A stretch of DNA of 55,597 nt from an uncultured Rhodanobacteraceae bacterium (GTDB lineage: Bacteria > Pseudomonadota > Gammaproteobacteria > Xanthomonadales > Rhodanobacteraceae): positions 1-55,597 of the forward strand of contig CAYYHP010000001.1 of assembly GCA_964471815.1 (NCBI GenBank), read 5' to 3'. Positions 1 through 11,800 of this stretch are shown one piece after another. A program made the translations under genes and the position numbers. Position 1 is the first letter of the stretch. Every line of letters begins with the position of its first letter. The notes beneath the pieces are model-generated. The model was not told the DNA's origin, made no database searches, and saw only the letters and a program-made list of their open reading frames with translations.

Positions 1-1048
<1,048 letters not shown>

Positions 1049-1113
1049 GCGCTCACGCGTCGTTCGGGGGAACCGCGCCGGGCGCGGCTGGAGAAAACAA
1101 GGTGGATCGCGAA

Positions 1114-1122
1114 ATTATAGCA
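1114..1122 (-). promoter_or_regulatory. Extended -10 sigma70 element upstream of gyrB
   Basis: Minus strand reads TGCTATAAT (TGn + TATAAT), overlapping the recF stop, about 65 nt upstream of the gyrB ATG. Confidence 0.6.
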
Positions 1123-2197
1123 GGGTGACCACCTGGCCCTGTTCCACGTGGAACCGCGTCACGCGTGAAGCGTGATCCGCCAATGCCGACAGGTCGTCAG
1201 TGCCCGTGATCCACACCTGGGACTCGTCTGCGACGAGACGCGAGACGACCTGTGCCTGATGGGCGCGATCCAGCTCCGATGCCAGGTCATCGAGACACAC
1301 CACGGGTGACTCGCCGAGGGCCTCGCGCAACATGGCGGCCTGGGCCAGTACACAGGCGAGTGCACAGGCCTTCTCCTGCCCTCGCGACAGATATTCGCGA
1401 CGCGGGGCTGCGGGAAACCAGATCGCCCAGTCTGCGCGATGCGGCCCAACTCGTGTGTGTCCGCGTTCGAGGTCGTGACCGCGGTTACGTTCTAATGCCT
1501 CGGCTAGGTCGAGACTGCGGTCCCAGCCCGATTCGAATTCCACCACCGGGGCACCGAGCTCACCGATCAGCTGTGCCGTTTCGCGGGCCAACCGCTCGGC
1601 CCAGTGCCGCACGAATGCCTCGCGCCATGCCGTGAGCTGGGTTCCTACGGAAGCCAGTTCAAGGTCCCAGGGCGTCAGCAGATCGGGAGCCGCACTGGAT
1701 CGGAGGAGAACATTTCTTTGCTTCAATGCGCGACGGTAACGACGCGCGATATCCAGATACCGTGGTTCCACGTGGAACAGCGTCCAATCGAGGAACGACC
1801 GGCGCTCCTCGCTCGGACCCGAAATTAGCGCATGCGAGCCGGGTTCGAAGCAGACGACGACGATACCGCGCAGCAAAGTCGCGAGCGTGTCCACGTCGGA
1901 ACCGTCTACCCTGCCCCGCCAGGCCCGCCCCTCGCGGGTCAACCCGAGCCGGCGCAGCGACCCACCATTCCAGAACACTTCCGCATACAGGACCGGCGTT
2001 CCACCACCCTCGCGGACCAGCACTTCCCGGCTACCACTCCGGAACGAGCGCCCATGTGACAGCAGATAGACCGCTTCGAGCAATGACGTCTTGCCGGCAC
2101 CGTTGGCGCCGGTGAACAGATTGATCCCGGGGCCTGGCTGCAGCTCGACGGCTCGCAGGTTTCTCAGCGCGTCGACGCGCAGTTGCGTGATCCGCAT
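1115..2197 (-). CDS. recF: DNA replication/repair protein RecF
   Basis: Walker A GANGAGKTS, LSRGQEK signature, LDDLASELD; between dnaN and gyrB. Confidence 0.97.
   Translation of the reverse strand: MRITQLRVDALRNLRAVELQPGPGINLFTGANGAGKTSLLEAVYLLSHGRSFRSGSREVLVREGGGTPVLYAEVFWNGGSLRRLGLTREGRAWRGRVDGSDVDTLATLLRGIVVVCFEPGSHALISGPSEERRSFLDWTLFHVEPRYLDIARRYRRALKQRNVLLRSSAAPDLLTPWDLELASVGTQLTAWREAFVRHWAERLARETAQLIGELGAPVVEFESGWDRSLDLAEALERNRGHDLERGHTRVGPHRADWAIWFPAAPRREYLSRGQEKACALACVLAQAAMLREALGESPVVCLDDLASELDRAHQAQVVSRLVADESQVWITGTDDLSALADHASRVTRFHVEQGQVVTLL
1140..1155. promoter_or_regulatory. parS: parS centromere-like site (inside recF)
   Basis: TGTTCCACGTGGAACC, 15/16 match to palindrome TGTTCCACGTGGAACA; parAB present in the window. 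Confidence 0.9.
1764..1779. promoter_or_regulatory. parS: parS centromere-like site (inside recF)
   Basis: GGTTCCACGTGGAACA, 15/16 match to the parS palindrome. Confidence 0.9.
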
Positions 2198-2211
2198 CGG
2201 AACTCCAGAAC

Positions 2212-2252
2212 GGACGAGGCCCGCGCGGCGGCTGCCGGCGCGGGCCTCGTCC
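2212..2252. repeat. Perfect 15-bp inverted repeat between dnaN and recF
   Basis: GGACGAGGCCCGCGC (2212-2226) / GCGCGGGCCTCGTCC (2238-2252); no U-tract. Confidence 0.75.
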
Positions 2253-2272
2253 TCGTCCAGTACGTATTCGCC

Positions 2273-3373
2273 TCAGAGACGCAGCGGCATGATCACATGC
2301 CGTGACCGCTCGGAATCCGCGTTGCGGATCAGGCAGCTCGAGTGACTGTCGCGCAAGCACATCACGACGTCGCTGCCGGGCAGCGCACCGAGCGCGTCGA
2401 GCAGGTAGTTAACGTTGAAACCGACGCCGAGGTCATCGACGTTCGTGCCTGCTTCGAGCTCCTCGATCGCTTCTTCTTGCTCCGGATTGTGCGCCACGAT
2501 GCGCAGTCGGTTCGCACCGACCTCGAGCTTCACGCCACGGTACTTCTCGTTCGACAGGATCGCTGCCCGTTGCAGTGCCGCACGCAGCTCGTCGCGTCCG
2601 ATCCGCACTTCTTTGTCGGCACCGATCGGAATCACGGCCTCGTAATCAGGGAAACGCCCGTCGATTAGCTTCGAGGTGAACTGCACCTCGCCTCGCCGCA
2701 CGCGCAGGTGATTGCGTCCGAACTCCAGCTCGACCGTGCCGTCGCCTGCTTCGAACAGGCCCTGCAGCTCGAGCACGCCCTTGCGTGGAATGATGATCTG
2801 GCGCCGGGCACTGACGCGCGCGTCGACGCTGGTTTCGGCGAGCGCGAGGCGATGTCCGTCGGTGGCCACGCAGCGCAAGGCGTTGTCGCGCAGGTCGAGC
2901 AGCATGCCGTTGAGGTAATAGCGGACGTCCTGGTGCGCCATCGCGAAGGCGGTGCGGTCCATCAGCTCCTTGAGCGTCGCTTCCGGCAGGCTCACGCGTT
3001 CGACGAGTTCGATGTTGTCGATGACCGGAAATTCACTAGCCGGCAGTGTCGCCAGTGTGAACCGGCTACGCCCGGCATTCACGGTGACCCGCTCGCCAGA
3101 AAGCTTCACGTCGATGCGCACGCCATCCGGCAAGGCCCGGCAGATATCGAACATCTTCCGTGCCGGAATCGTGATCTCGCCCGCTTCCCAATCGTCCGCC
3201 GCGACGGTCGCGACCATCTCGACCTCGAGATCGGTACCGGTCAGCGACACCCGTCCTGCATCGACGACGGCCAGCAGATTCGCCAGTACGGGAAGGGTCT
3301 GACGCCGCTCCACGACGCCGACGACCTGTTGCAGCGGTTTGAGCAGGGCTTCACGCGGGAGGCTGAATCGCAT
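2273..3373 (-). CDS. dnaN: DNA polymerase III beta sliding clamp
   Basis: 366 aa; VVERRQTLPVLAN, TDLEVE, ATDGHRLA, C-terminal VIMPLRL. Confidence 0.99.
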   Translation of the reverse strand: MRFSLPREALLKPLQQVVGVVERRQTLPVLANLLAVVDAGRVSLTGTDLEVEMVATVAADDWEAGEITIPARKMFDICRALPDGVRIDVKLSGERVTVNAGRSRFTLATLPASEFPVIDNIELVERVSLPEATLKELMDRTAFAMAHQDVRYYLNGMLLDLRDNALRCVATDGHRLALAETSVDARVSARRQIIIPRKGVLELQGLFEAGDGTVELEFGRNHLRVRRGEVQFTSKLIDGRFPDYEAVIPIGADKEVRIGRDELRAALQRAAILSNEKYRGVKLEVGANRLRIVAHNPEQEEAIEELEAGTNVDDLGVGFNVNYLLDALGALPGSDVVMCLRDSHSSCLIRNADSERSRHVIMPLRL

Positions 3374-3594
3374 GGCTTCGTGGGTCCGTTCCGGGTGGGG
3401 ACGCGTCTATCGTCTTTTGTTTCTAGGATACCGGTAGTGGCAGTTGTCCCTGTGGATCACTGCACAACCCGAATAATTGCTTGGATTCCATACACTTGCA
3501 ACCGGCCGCCGACTGTATGACCGGCGCGGCAGCCTGTCGATGGTCTGTGGACAATTCGGGCGGCGAAAACCATCCCCCGTCTGTCCACAGGACA
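3374..3594. promoter_or_regulatory. oriC: Replication origin oriC (dnaA-dnaN intergenic)
   Basis: DnaA-box-like TGTGGATCA (3451-3459), TGTGGACAA (3546-3554), CTGTCCACA (3581-3589); T-rich tract about 3406-3430; degenerate trio-like GTAGTGGCAGTT next to the first box; this is the known Xanthomonadales origin position. Confidence 0.75.
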
Positions 3595-4914
3595 TCAACC
3601 GGTCAGGATGCGTACGAGCTTCTCCCAGTCCTGGCGCAGCTTGCCATCCGTTTCCGTGAGATCGCGGATCGTCCGGCAGGCGTGCAGCACGGTGGTGTGG
3701 TCGCGCCCGCCGAACGCCTCGCCGATCTCCGGCAGGCTGTGCTCGGTGAGTTCCTTGGCCAGAGCCATCGCCATCTGCCGTGGCCGTGCCAGCGAGCGCG
3801 AGCGTCGCTTGGACAACAGATCCTGCAGGCGCAACTGGTAGTAGTCCGCGACCGTCTTCTGGATGTTCGGCACCGTGATCGCCTGGGCATGCACGGTCAG
3901 GAGATCGCGCAGCGTCTCCTGGGCGAAGTCCGGCGTGATCGGCCGGCCGAGGAAATTCGCGCGCGCCGCTAGGGTGTTGAGTGCGCCCTCGAGATCGCGG
4001 ACGTTCGAGCGCATGCGCCGGGCGACCAGGAACGCGACGTCCTCGGGCAGGTTCACGCCGCGCGATTGCGCCTTGGACAGCAGGATCGCCGCGCGTGTCT
4101 CGAAATCCGGCGGCTCGATTGCCACGCTGAGACCCCAGCCGAGCCGCGACTTCAGGCGCGGTTCGAGCTTGTCCACTTCCTTCGGATAGCGGTCGCAGGT
4201 CAGGATGATCTGCTGTTTGCCTTCGAACAAGGCGTTGAAAGTATGGAAGAATTCTTCCTGCGTGGTTTCCTTGCCGGCGAAGAACTGGATGTCGTCGATC
4301 AACAAGGCATCCACTTCGCGGAAGCGTCGCTTGAAGGCATCCATGCTCTGTTTCTGCAGGGCCTGGATCATCGCGCTGACGAATTGTTCGGAGCGCAGGT
4401 AAAGCACCTTGAAACCCGGCCGGTTGCTGCGCATCAGATTGCCGGCGGCATGCATCAGATGGGTCTTGCCAAGACCGGTGCCGCCGTACAGGAGCAAAGG
4501 GTTGTAGGCGCGCCCCGGGTTGTTGGCGACCTGGATCGCCGCGGCCTTGCCGAGCTGGTTGGATTTGCCCTCGACGAAGGTGTCGAAGGTGTAGCTTGGA
4601 TCGAGATTGCCGTCGAATTCCTCGACTTCGGCCGGGGCCGCCGTCCGCGACGCACGTGGGGCGGCGGGCCGTGCATTCAGCGCGCCGACTTCGATCCGGA
4701 CGCCGATCTTGTGCCCGGCCACGTGCTCGAGAACCGTCTCGATGCGCGGCAGGTACTCGGATTCGATCCGCTCGACCGTATAGGCATTCGGCGCGAGCAG
4801 GCGCAGTCCGCCCTGGCCCTCGGAGCATTGCAGGGGGCGCAGAAAGGTGTGGATGTCCTCAGCGCTGATCTCGCCTTCCAGGCGTTCCAGGCAGCGCCGC
4901 CAGAGTTCGCTCAT
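3595..4914 (-). CDS. dnaA: Chromosomal replication initiator DnaA
   Basis: [36 protein letters not shown]; start taken at MSELWRRC (4914). Confidence 0.99.
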   Translation of the reverse strand: MSELWRRCLERLEGEISAEDIHTFLRPLQCSEGQGGLRLLAPNAYTVERIESEYLPRIETVLEHVAGHKIGVRIEVGALNARPAAPRASRTAAPAEVEEFDGNLDPSYTFDTFVEGKSNQLGKAAAIQVANNPGRAYNPLLLYGGTGLGKTHLMHAAGNLMRSNRPGFKVLYLRSEQFVSAMIQALQKQSMDAFKRRFREVDALLIDDIQFFAGKETTQEEFFHTFNALFEGKQQIILTCDRYPKEVDKLEPRLKSRLGWGLSVAIEPPDFETRAAILLSKAQSRGVNLPEDVAFLVARRMRSNVRDLEGALNTLAARANFLGRPITPDFAQETLRDLLTVHAQAITVPNIQKTVADYYQLRLQDLLSKRRSRSLARPRQMAMALAKELTEHSLPEIGEAFGGRDHTTVLHACRTIRDLTETDGKLRQDWEKLVRILTG

Positions 4915-5005
4915 ACTTCCTCGAGAAGCGGGGACGGCGCGGAGGCGGCCCCGATGGTGGGCGCCGAAGTCTACGCTGCGCCATGCCCTGGCGCCAAGGC
5001 GCGCC

Positions 5006-5034
5006 TTGACAGCTTTCGCCACGCCTTCTATTCT
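5006..5034 (+). promoter_or_regulatory. sigma70 promoter for rpmH-rnpA
   Basis: TTGACA-N17-TATTCT about 32 nt before the rpmH ATG. Confidence 0.7.
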
Positions 5035-5066
5035 CCCGCGCCTTTTCGCCCATCGGAGACGACGCC

Positions 5067-5201
5067 ATGAAGCGCACGTACCAGCCGAGCAATCTCAAGC
5101 GCTCGCGCGATCACGGCTTCCGCGCCCGCATGAAGACCAAGAACGGCCGCAAGGTGCTCGCCGCGCGTCGTGCCAAGGGTCGCAAGCGCCTGGCCGTGTA
5201 A
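5067..5201 (+). CDS. rpmH: 50S ribosomal protein L34
   Basis: Manual translation [44 protein letters not shown] (below the ORF-track cutoff); GGAG RBS. Confidence 0.98.
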   Translation: MKRTYQPSNLKRSRDHGFRARMKTKNGRKVLAARRAKGRKRLAV

Positions 5202-5217
5202 CATCCGCCGCGGCGCC

Positions 5218-5595
5218 GTGGAAGCAGCGCGCTTCCCGCGCCGTGCGCGCCTCGTCCGGGCGGCGGATTTCGCCGCCCTGCGTGGCGGCAAGCGCATTGC
5301 CAGCCGCCATTTCCATGCCGAATTCCGCAGCAACGATCTCGACACCGCCCGGCTCGGGCTCGCCGTGTCGAGACGCGTCTCCAAGCGGGCCGTCGAGCGC
5401 AATCGCATCAAGCGGCTGGTCCGCGAGAGTTTCCGCCGCGAGCGGGCCGCGTTGCCGGCCATCGATATCCTCGTGATCGCCCGCGTCAGCGCCGTCGCCG
5501 TCGATGGCGCCGGACTGCTCGCCGATCTCGCCGTACTCTGGCAGCGCGTGGCGGCATTGAAGCCGCCGGACCGCACCGGCACAATGCGCGGCTGA
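5218..5595 (+). CDS. rnpA: Ribonuclease P protein component
   Basis: FPRRARL...RLGLAVSRRVSKRAVERNRIKRLVRESFR; GTG start inferred. Confidence 0.95.
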   Translation: MEAARFPRRARLVRAADFAALRGGKRIASRHFHAEFRSNDLDTARLGLAVSRRVSKRAVERNRIKRLVRESFRRERAALPAIDILVIARVSAVAVDGAGLLADLAVLWQRVAALKPPDRTGTMRG

Positions 5596-5701
5596 TCCGC
5601 CGCCGGTCGCGCCACGCCCCGCGGTCGCCACCCGATGCCGAGATTCCTGCGCCGCCCGCGGGCAGCGCCGATCGCACCACGCCCTCTTGCCCTGGCCGTC
5701 C

Positions 5702-7432
5702 ATGACCAACGCCCGTTCGATCCTCGTTCTCGCCCTGCTGATGCTCGGCTACCTCCTGTGGACCCAGTGGCAGCAGGACTACGCCCGGCCCCACCCGAGC
5801 GGTACGGAAACCACGACAGCGACCCCGGTCACGACGTCCGGTTCGGCATCGGCGACGCCAGCCGCCGCGCCGGGCGACACCCCGACCGCTCCGAAAGTCG
5901 ATACGCCGGCGGCGGTATCCGCTCCGACCGACAGCGGTGCGGCCGGCAAATCGATCACTGTGCGCACCGACGTGCTAGAAGTCGCCATCGACACGCGGGG
6001 TGGCAGCCTCGTACGGGCCGATCTGCTCGCCTATCCGCAGCAGCCGAAGGATTTCGAACATCCGGTGCGCCTGCTCGACGACAGCGCGGCGCATTTCTTC
6101 GTCGCCCAGTCCGGTCTGGTCAGCGCGCAGGGTGCCGCGCCCGATCATCAGGCGACCTTCACCGCCGAACGCGACAGCTATGCCCTCGTCGAAGGCAAGG
6201 ATCAGATCGAGGTCCCGCTCACCTGGATCGACGCGGCGAGCGGCCTGACCGTGCGCAAGGTATACGTGTTCAAGCGCGGCAGCTACGTGATTGACACGCG
6301 TGACGAGATCGGCAATGCCGGCAGCACGGCCTGGACCGGCAACGCCTACCGTCAGTTGCAGCGCGTGCCGCCGGTGATTCCGTCCGGTGGCGGCTTCGCA
6401 TTCAACAATCCGGAACGCTTCAGCTTCGTCGGCGCGGCCTGGTACAGCCCGACCGACAAGTTCCAGAAGATCAAGTTCGACAAGTACACAACCGACAAGC
6501 TCTGCGCGAGCAGCGACCACGATCTCGCCCGCTGCACCTGGGCCGATGGCTGGGCGGCGATGATCCAGCACTACTTCTTCGCCGCGTGGATCCCGCCGGC
6601 CGGCGAGAAGGAGGCCTATCAATACGCGACGACCAGTGCGAACGGCCAGACGCGCTATCTGATCCGCACGCTCGGCCCGACCCTGAGCGTCGCGCCCGGA
6701 GCGAGCACGACCAGCAACGCACGCCTGTATGTCGGTCCGAAGCTGCAGAGCACACTCGACCAGATCGCGCCGGGCCTCGCGCTGACCGCCGACTACGGCA
6801 TCTTCACCTTCATCGCCGAGCCGCTGCACTGGGTACTCGCCAAGCTGTACGCGCTGACCGGCAACTGGGGCCTGGCGATCATCCTGCTCGTGCTGCTGAT
6901 CAAGGCGGTGTTCTTCAAGCTCAGCGAGGCGCAGTACCGCTCGATGGCGAAAATGAAGAAGCTGCAGCCGCGCGTCGAGGCGCTCAAGGAGCGCTACGGC
7001 GACGACCGCCAGAAGCTCAACCAGGCGATGCTCGAGCTGTACCAGAAGGAGAAGATCAATCCGCTCGGCGGCTGCCTGCCGGTGCTGATCCCGCTGCCGG
7101 TGTTCTTCGCCCTGTACTGGGTGCTGCTCGAGAGCGTCGAGCTGCGCCACGCGCCGTTCATTGGCTGGATCCAGAACCTCACCGCGCCCGATCCGTATTT
7201 CGTGCTGCCGGTCCTGAACGGCCTGGCGATGATCGCCACGCAATGGCTGAACCCGACCACCGGCATGGACCCGGTCCAGGCGAAGATGATGAAGGCCATG
7301 CCGCTGATGTTCGCGGTCATGTTTGCGTTCTTCCCGGCGGGCCTGGTGCTGTACTGGACGGTCAACGGTTACGCCTCGCTGATCCAGCAGTGGATCATCA
7401 CGCGGCGTATCGAGGCCGGCGCAAAGGCCTGA
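5702..7432 (+). CDS. yidC: Membrane protein insertase YidC
   Basis: N-terminal TM, periplasmic domain, GNWGLAII, NPLGGCLP, PAGLVLYW. Confidence 0.97.
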   Translation: MTNARSILVLALLMLGYLLWTQWQQDYARPHPSGTETTTATPVTTSGSASATPAAAPGDTPTAPKVDTPAAVSAPTDSGAAGKSITVRTDVLEVAIDTRGGSLVRADLLAYPQQPKDFEHPVRLLDDSAAHFFVAQSGLVSAQGAAPDHQATFTAERDSYALVEGKDQIEVPLTWIDAASGLTVRKVYVFKRGSYVIDTRDEIGNAGSTAWTGNAYRQLQRVPPVIPSGGGFAFNNPERFSFVGAAWYSPTDKFQKIKFDKYTTDKLCASSDHDLARCTWADGWAAMIQHYFFAAWIPPAGEKEAYQYATTSANGQTRYLIRTLGPTLSVAPGASTTSNARLYVGPKLQSTLDQIAPGLALTADYGIFTFIAEPLHWVLAKLYALTGNWGLAIILLVLLIKAVFFKLSEAQYRSMAKMKKLQPRVEALKERYGDDRQKLNQAMLELYQKEKINPLGGCLPVLIPLPVFFALYWVLLESVELRHAPFIGWIQNLTAPDPYFVLPVLNGLAMIATQWLNPTTGMDPVQAKMMKAMPLMFAVMFAFFPAGLVLYWTVNGYASLIQQWIITRRIEAGAKA

Positions 7433-7463
7433 CGAGGCGCATGGCGGTGGCCGGTCCAACGTC

Positions 7464-8828
7464 ATGACGGACCGCCGGTCGCTGCCCGCTGCCACCGACA
7501 CCATCGCCGCGGTCGCCACGCCGACGGGTGCCGGCGGCATCGGCATCGTGCGCGTGTCCGGGCCCGCGGTCGCGGCACTCGCGCGCATCCTGCTCGGCCG
7601 TGCACCGCGTCCGCGTCACGCCCACCTGTGCGACTTTCGCGATGCGGCCGACCAGATCCTCGACCGCGGCCTGCTGCTGCATTTTCCCGCGCCCCACTCG
7701 TTCACCGGCGAGGATGTGCTCGAGCTGCATGCACACGGCAGCCCGGTCGTGCTCGATCTGCTGCTGCGCCGCGTCTGCGAACTCGGCGCACGTCCGGCGC
7801 GCGCCGGCGAGTTTTCCGAACGCGCGTTCCTCAACGGCAAGCTCGATCTGGCTCAGGCCGAGGCGATCGCGGACCTGATCGCGAGCCAATCCGAAGCCGC
7901 CGCACGCGCCGCGCTGCGCTCGCTCGACGGTGCGTTCTCGACGCGCGTGAACGCATTGCTCGAACGCCTGGTGCGCCTGCGCGTGCACATCGAGGCCGCG
8001 ATCGATTTCCCGGACGAGGACATCGACTTCCTCGCCGCGCCGGAGCTCGGCCGCGATCTCGCCGCCCTGCGCGATACGACGGCCGCGTTGCTCGTCGAGA
8101 CCCGCCGCGGCCTGCGCCTGCGCGACGGGCTGCACGTGGTCATCGTCGGTCGGCCGAACGCCGGCAAGTCGAGCCTGCTGAATGCCCTGGCCGCGAGCGA
8201 CCGCGCGATCGTCACATCGATTCCCGGCACCACGCGCGACGTGCTGCGCGAGGGCGTGCAGGTCGATGGCATCGCGCTAACCCTCGTCGATACGGCCGGT
8301 CTGCGTGACAGCGGTGACGTGGTCGAGCAGGAAGGCGTGCGCCGCGCGCGTGCCGAACTCGAACGCGCCGACGTAGCCCTGCTGGTCACCGAAGCCGGCC
8401 GCGTCGAAGAGGACCTCGCCCTGCTCGGCGTGCCGAATTCCGGCCAGACGCGCCTCGTGGTCTGCAACAAGATCGATCTCACCGGCGCGCCACCGGCACG
8501 TGAGGACGATGGCGAACGCGTGAGGGTACATCTCTCTGCCAGGACGGGCGCCGGTCTCGGCCTGCTGCGCGAGGAACTCAAACGACTGGCCGGTCTCGGC
8601 GACGGCAGCGAGGGCGCGTTCAGCGCCCGCACGCGCCACGTGCTGGCGCTCGAGCGCGTCGCCGCCCACCTCGAATCCGCGGACTTCGCGCTCCACGCGC
8701 AGCGTGCCGGCGAACTCGCCGCCGAGGAACTCCGCCACGCCCAGCGCGCGCTCGGCGAAATCACTGGCCAGTTCAGCAGCGACGATCTGCTCGGCGAGAT
8801 CTTCGCGAGCTTCTGCATCGGCAAGTAA
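7464..8828 (+). CDS. mnmE: tRNA modification GTPase MnmE (TrmE)
   Basis: DTIAAVAT, GRPNAGKSS, GTTRD, DTAGLR, C-terminal FCIGK. Confidence 0.99.
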   Translation: MTDRRSLPAATDTIAAVATPTGAGGIGIVRVSGPAVAALARILLGRAPRPRHAHLCDFRDAADQILDRGLLLHFPAPHSFTGEDVLELHAHGSPVVLDLLLRRVCELGARPARAGEFSERAFLNGKLDLAQAEAIADLIASQSEAAARAALRSLDGAFSTRVNALLERLVRLRVHIEAAIDFPDEDIDFLAAPELGRDLAALRDTTAALLVETRRGLRLRDGLHVVIVGRPNAGKSSLLNALAASDRAIVTSIPGTTRDVLREGVQVDGIALTLVDTAGLRDSGDVVEQEGVRRARAELERADVALLVTEAGRVEEDLALLGVPNSGQTRLVVCNKIDLTGAPPAREDDGERVRVHLSARTGAGLGLLREELKRLAGLGDGSEGAFSARTRHVLALERVAAHLESADFALHAQRAGELAAEELRHAQRALGEITGQFSSDDLLGEIFASFCIGK

Positions 8829-11800
8829 TCTGACGTCCACCGACCTCCGTCGGCGTCCTAAGACAACCAGGATTCGCAGCGGAATCAGCAAGGTCAGTTC
8901 CTCTCATCTTCTGCATTCGAAGACATCGAGTTAGATTGAGCCCACGAGCAGGCCCACCGAGATCCAGTGCGCTCACCCATCCGCTCTCCGCGGGCTCAAT
9001 CGCATGAAGAATTGGAGTTACCCCGATTCCGCGGACAGCCGAGGATTTGATTCTCAAGTGGCGGGTTGGTTTTGGTATGCGGCACTGTCCAGCCGCTGCT
9101 CGAACGATCATCTACTGACGAAACTCCGCCGGGTACGGCGGTTGACATGGTGGACTCCATCTCTCAAGAGGATTGGCATCTACGAAAACAGGTCAGCTCC
9201 AGTCCGCATCAGCGAACTCGCGTTCTGCCATCCAGTCCACTTTACGAAGCGCCTCCCCTAGCTCCTCAGAAACCCGCAGCCGGTGTGCAATGAAGTTAGG
9301 GCCGCTGAGAAGCTCCTTGACTCGCTGAAGGAAATTTGCCCTCCGCTGAAGAACAGGGACCATGCTGCCGCTGCCGCCCCAGTGCGAAGGCAGCAGCTCC
9401 AGGCGTGTAAACGCATCCAGGTCATGGCTAGTCTGCAGGAATGTGCTGATTGCTTTCAGTCGCTGTGCTGGAGCGATCTCAACCAGGCCGGCGAACAGCA
9501 CTTCCATACAATCCTGCTCGCTGGCATGCGCCCCAATGAACGCCAGCAGCACTTCAAGTGCCGCCTCGGACAACGAGGCTTCTTCGCCTCTTCCGGTGCA
9601 CGGCAACCATGCCGCAACGTACGCGTCGCACCGGCCGTCGTTGCACCTTGCGAGGGTACGGAGCAACTCGTGCAGTTGCGCGGGCCAGTCTGGACGTGCC
9701 CACAGCCTTGAGTAGTCGCGATCCTGCTCTGACGATCTTAAGAGCCACCGCTTCTGCTCCATGCGCTCCGCCACGTATCGCGCCATGAAGCCTGGATTGA
9801 GATCAAGCAGCAAGTTGAAAACGGTAGCGGAATAGTCGAAGTGCCGCCTATGTTCCGATGCGCTGTTCGCCTTCAGGTAAGCGCTGGCCAGAAGATCCGG
9901 ATGGCCGGAGAACTGCTCGGCCAGAGCGCCCGTTAGGTCGGCGTCGGCATCGATATGATTCAGCAGTTCGCGGCACGCTTCACCCGCCGTCTCAGCGCGT
10001 TGCGCAAGCAGCGCCTCCACTAAATCCGGCAAAAACGTTGGTGCTGCTGAGACGAATCCCCGTAGGGCATGCAGCCACGGAACAGCTACACCTGGCGGCG
10101 CGAGCAGTGTGATCAACGCACTCGCATCATCACGATTGATCTGCTCGGGCTGCAGCTGCAGGTAAAATTCGATCAACCAGTCACGTCTGTCGGCGAACGC
10201 GTGGCGAGAAAGAAGCTCCCACCCGGCCTCGCGGCCGCAATGATGAACCACGATCGCAATCCACGTTGCGCCGATCAGGTTCGGCTGAGCGCCAAGCGCG
10301 AGGTAGGCGTCAGTGAGCGCCACCAGCCGTTCGGGATCCTCCTCGCCAATGTGGCTCAGCAGCAACCGCCAGCTGAGCCACAGGTCGCGTGCAGCGTCGG
10401 CTTCGCTGCTCGCGACCTGCGCCCACCGTGTCACTAGTGGGCGCAGATCGCCTGGCGCAAGCGAGCCGAACTGCTCGATTACGCGCTGGTGCCGCGCTTG
10501 AACGAGCTCCTCGTAATCGGCTTCCGCCAGCTGCTCAGTGTGCAGCGCTGTCACCTCAAGCAACTTAATCTCTTCACAGTGGAACGTTTCAGCGATGGGG
10601 GCGAACTCGTTTAGACCAGCGCGACGTAACCTCATTCCAACAATTTGGGCGAGACGGCAGTCCTCAAAGCGATCTGGTTGCATCACTTCCTGGAAGAGTT
10701 CGCGTATCCATTCAACGTCTATGGTCAGCACGTCCACTTCGGGATAGTGTGCGCACCATCCCGTTGCGTACTGCCGAAGTGCTTGCTTGCCAAGCCTGAC
10801 ACTGTCTTCCCGCTCCAGTAGCAAACGCAGAGCATGCCAGAGCGCGCGGCGCCAATCAGAAAGGCCCTCGCATGGCTGCAGTGGAATGAACATCCAGTGC
10901 ACTCTGTCGTCCTCGGCGAAGTGTGCCTCGAATTCGGTCGACAGGCTGGCACCGACGTACATAGCCAATAGGGGCGCGAGGCGCGCGTCGGACGTCGTGC
11001 GATCGACCAGCAGTTTCACGACTTCACGCTGAGCTGCGTACTCAGTGTGGTGGCTATACTTGTCGACCCCAAAGCCGTCAGCGGCGACGAGCAGAGATAG
11101 GACGCTTGCGGCACTCGACGGCATATGCAGGGCGAAGTCGATCGCCATGCCGGCAGCTGCAGGCCTGCGATCGGGGTCGTTGGCAAATCGGCCCAGGATT
11201 CGCAATCTGACGTCGTGATGCAGCGACGCCTTCTCGGGAAATTCGAGCGCGCCAGTTGCAGGCTCACCGGCCCTCAGCGCCTGAGCCACCTTTGTGAGTG
11301 CCAGATCCGGCTCGATAAACCAAAATGACTCCATGAGCTGCAGCTGTCGGTCACCATCCACCGCCCGCATCGCCGCTTGGCAACCGGGGCTGATCGCCGT
11401 GAATACGCGTTCGCGGTCCATGGTGCTGAGAGCTCCGTATACCGAGTCCCTGATCCTGCGCAGGTGAGTAGCGCCAAACCCGGACAGCAGTAAGCCGAAG
11501 GACAGATCGCGCCGCGCCACAAAACAGAGATAGAAGGCGAATCCCGCAAGCACCTGATCCGAGCACTTCGCAACGCGCCTATCATGAAGGTCAACGCATT
11601 CGAGGCCGTGAAGCCGGTCGATCGCCTCCCAGAGGAGTCCGGCGCATAGACCGAATCGCAATTCGATCTGCTGGATGAGGCCAACGTCATTTGCTCTAAC
11701 CACCCGGAAGACGGCCACCAGGCTGAGCAGACGCAGGAGCATGGGATCCGCCTTATCTAGCTCCCGGACGAGATCTCCGTAGTACGCGTCGTAGAGATCG

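Noticed and set aside
1887-1903. Third parS-like sequence GTGTCCACGTCGGAACC in recF
   Set aside because: A 1-nt insertion and mismatches break the palindrome
5596-5701. Absence of yidD between rnpA and yidC
   Set aside because: Recalled as the usual Xanthomonadales arrangement; not novel
9004-9293. Small ORFs downstream of the STAND gene as partner genes
   Set aside because: No clear RBS or motifs, and they overlap the STAND 3' end on the opposite strand
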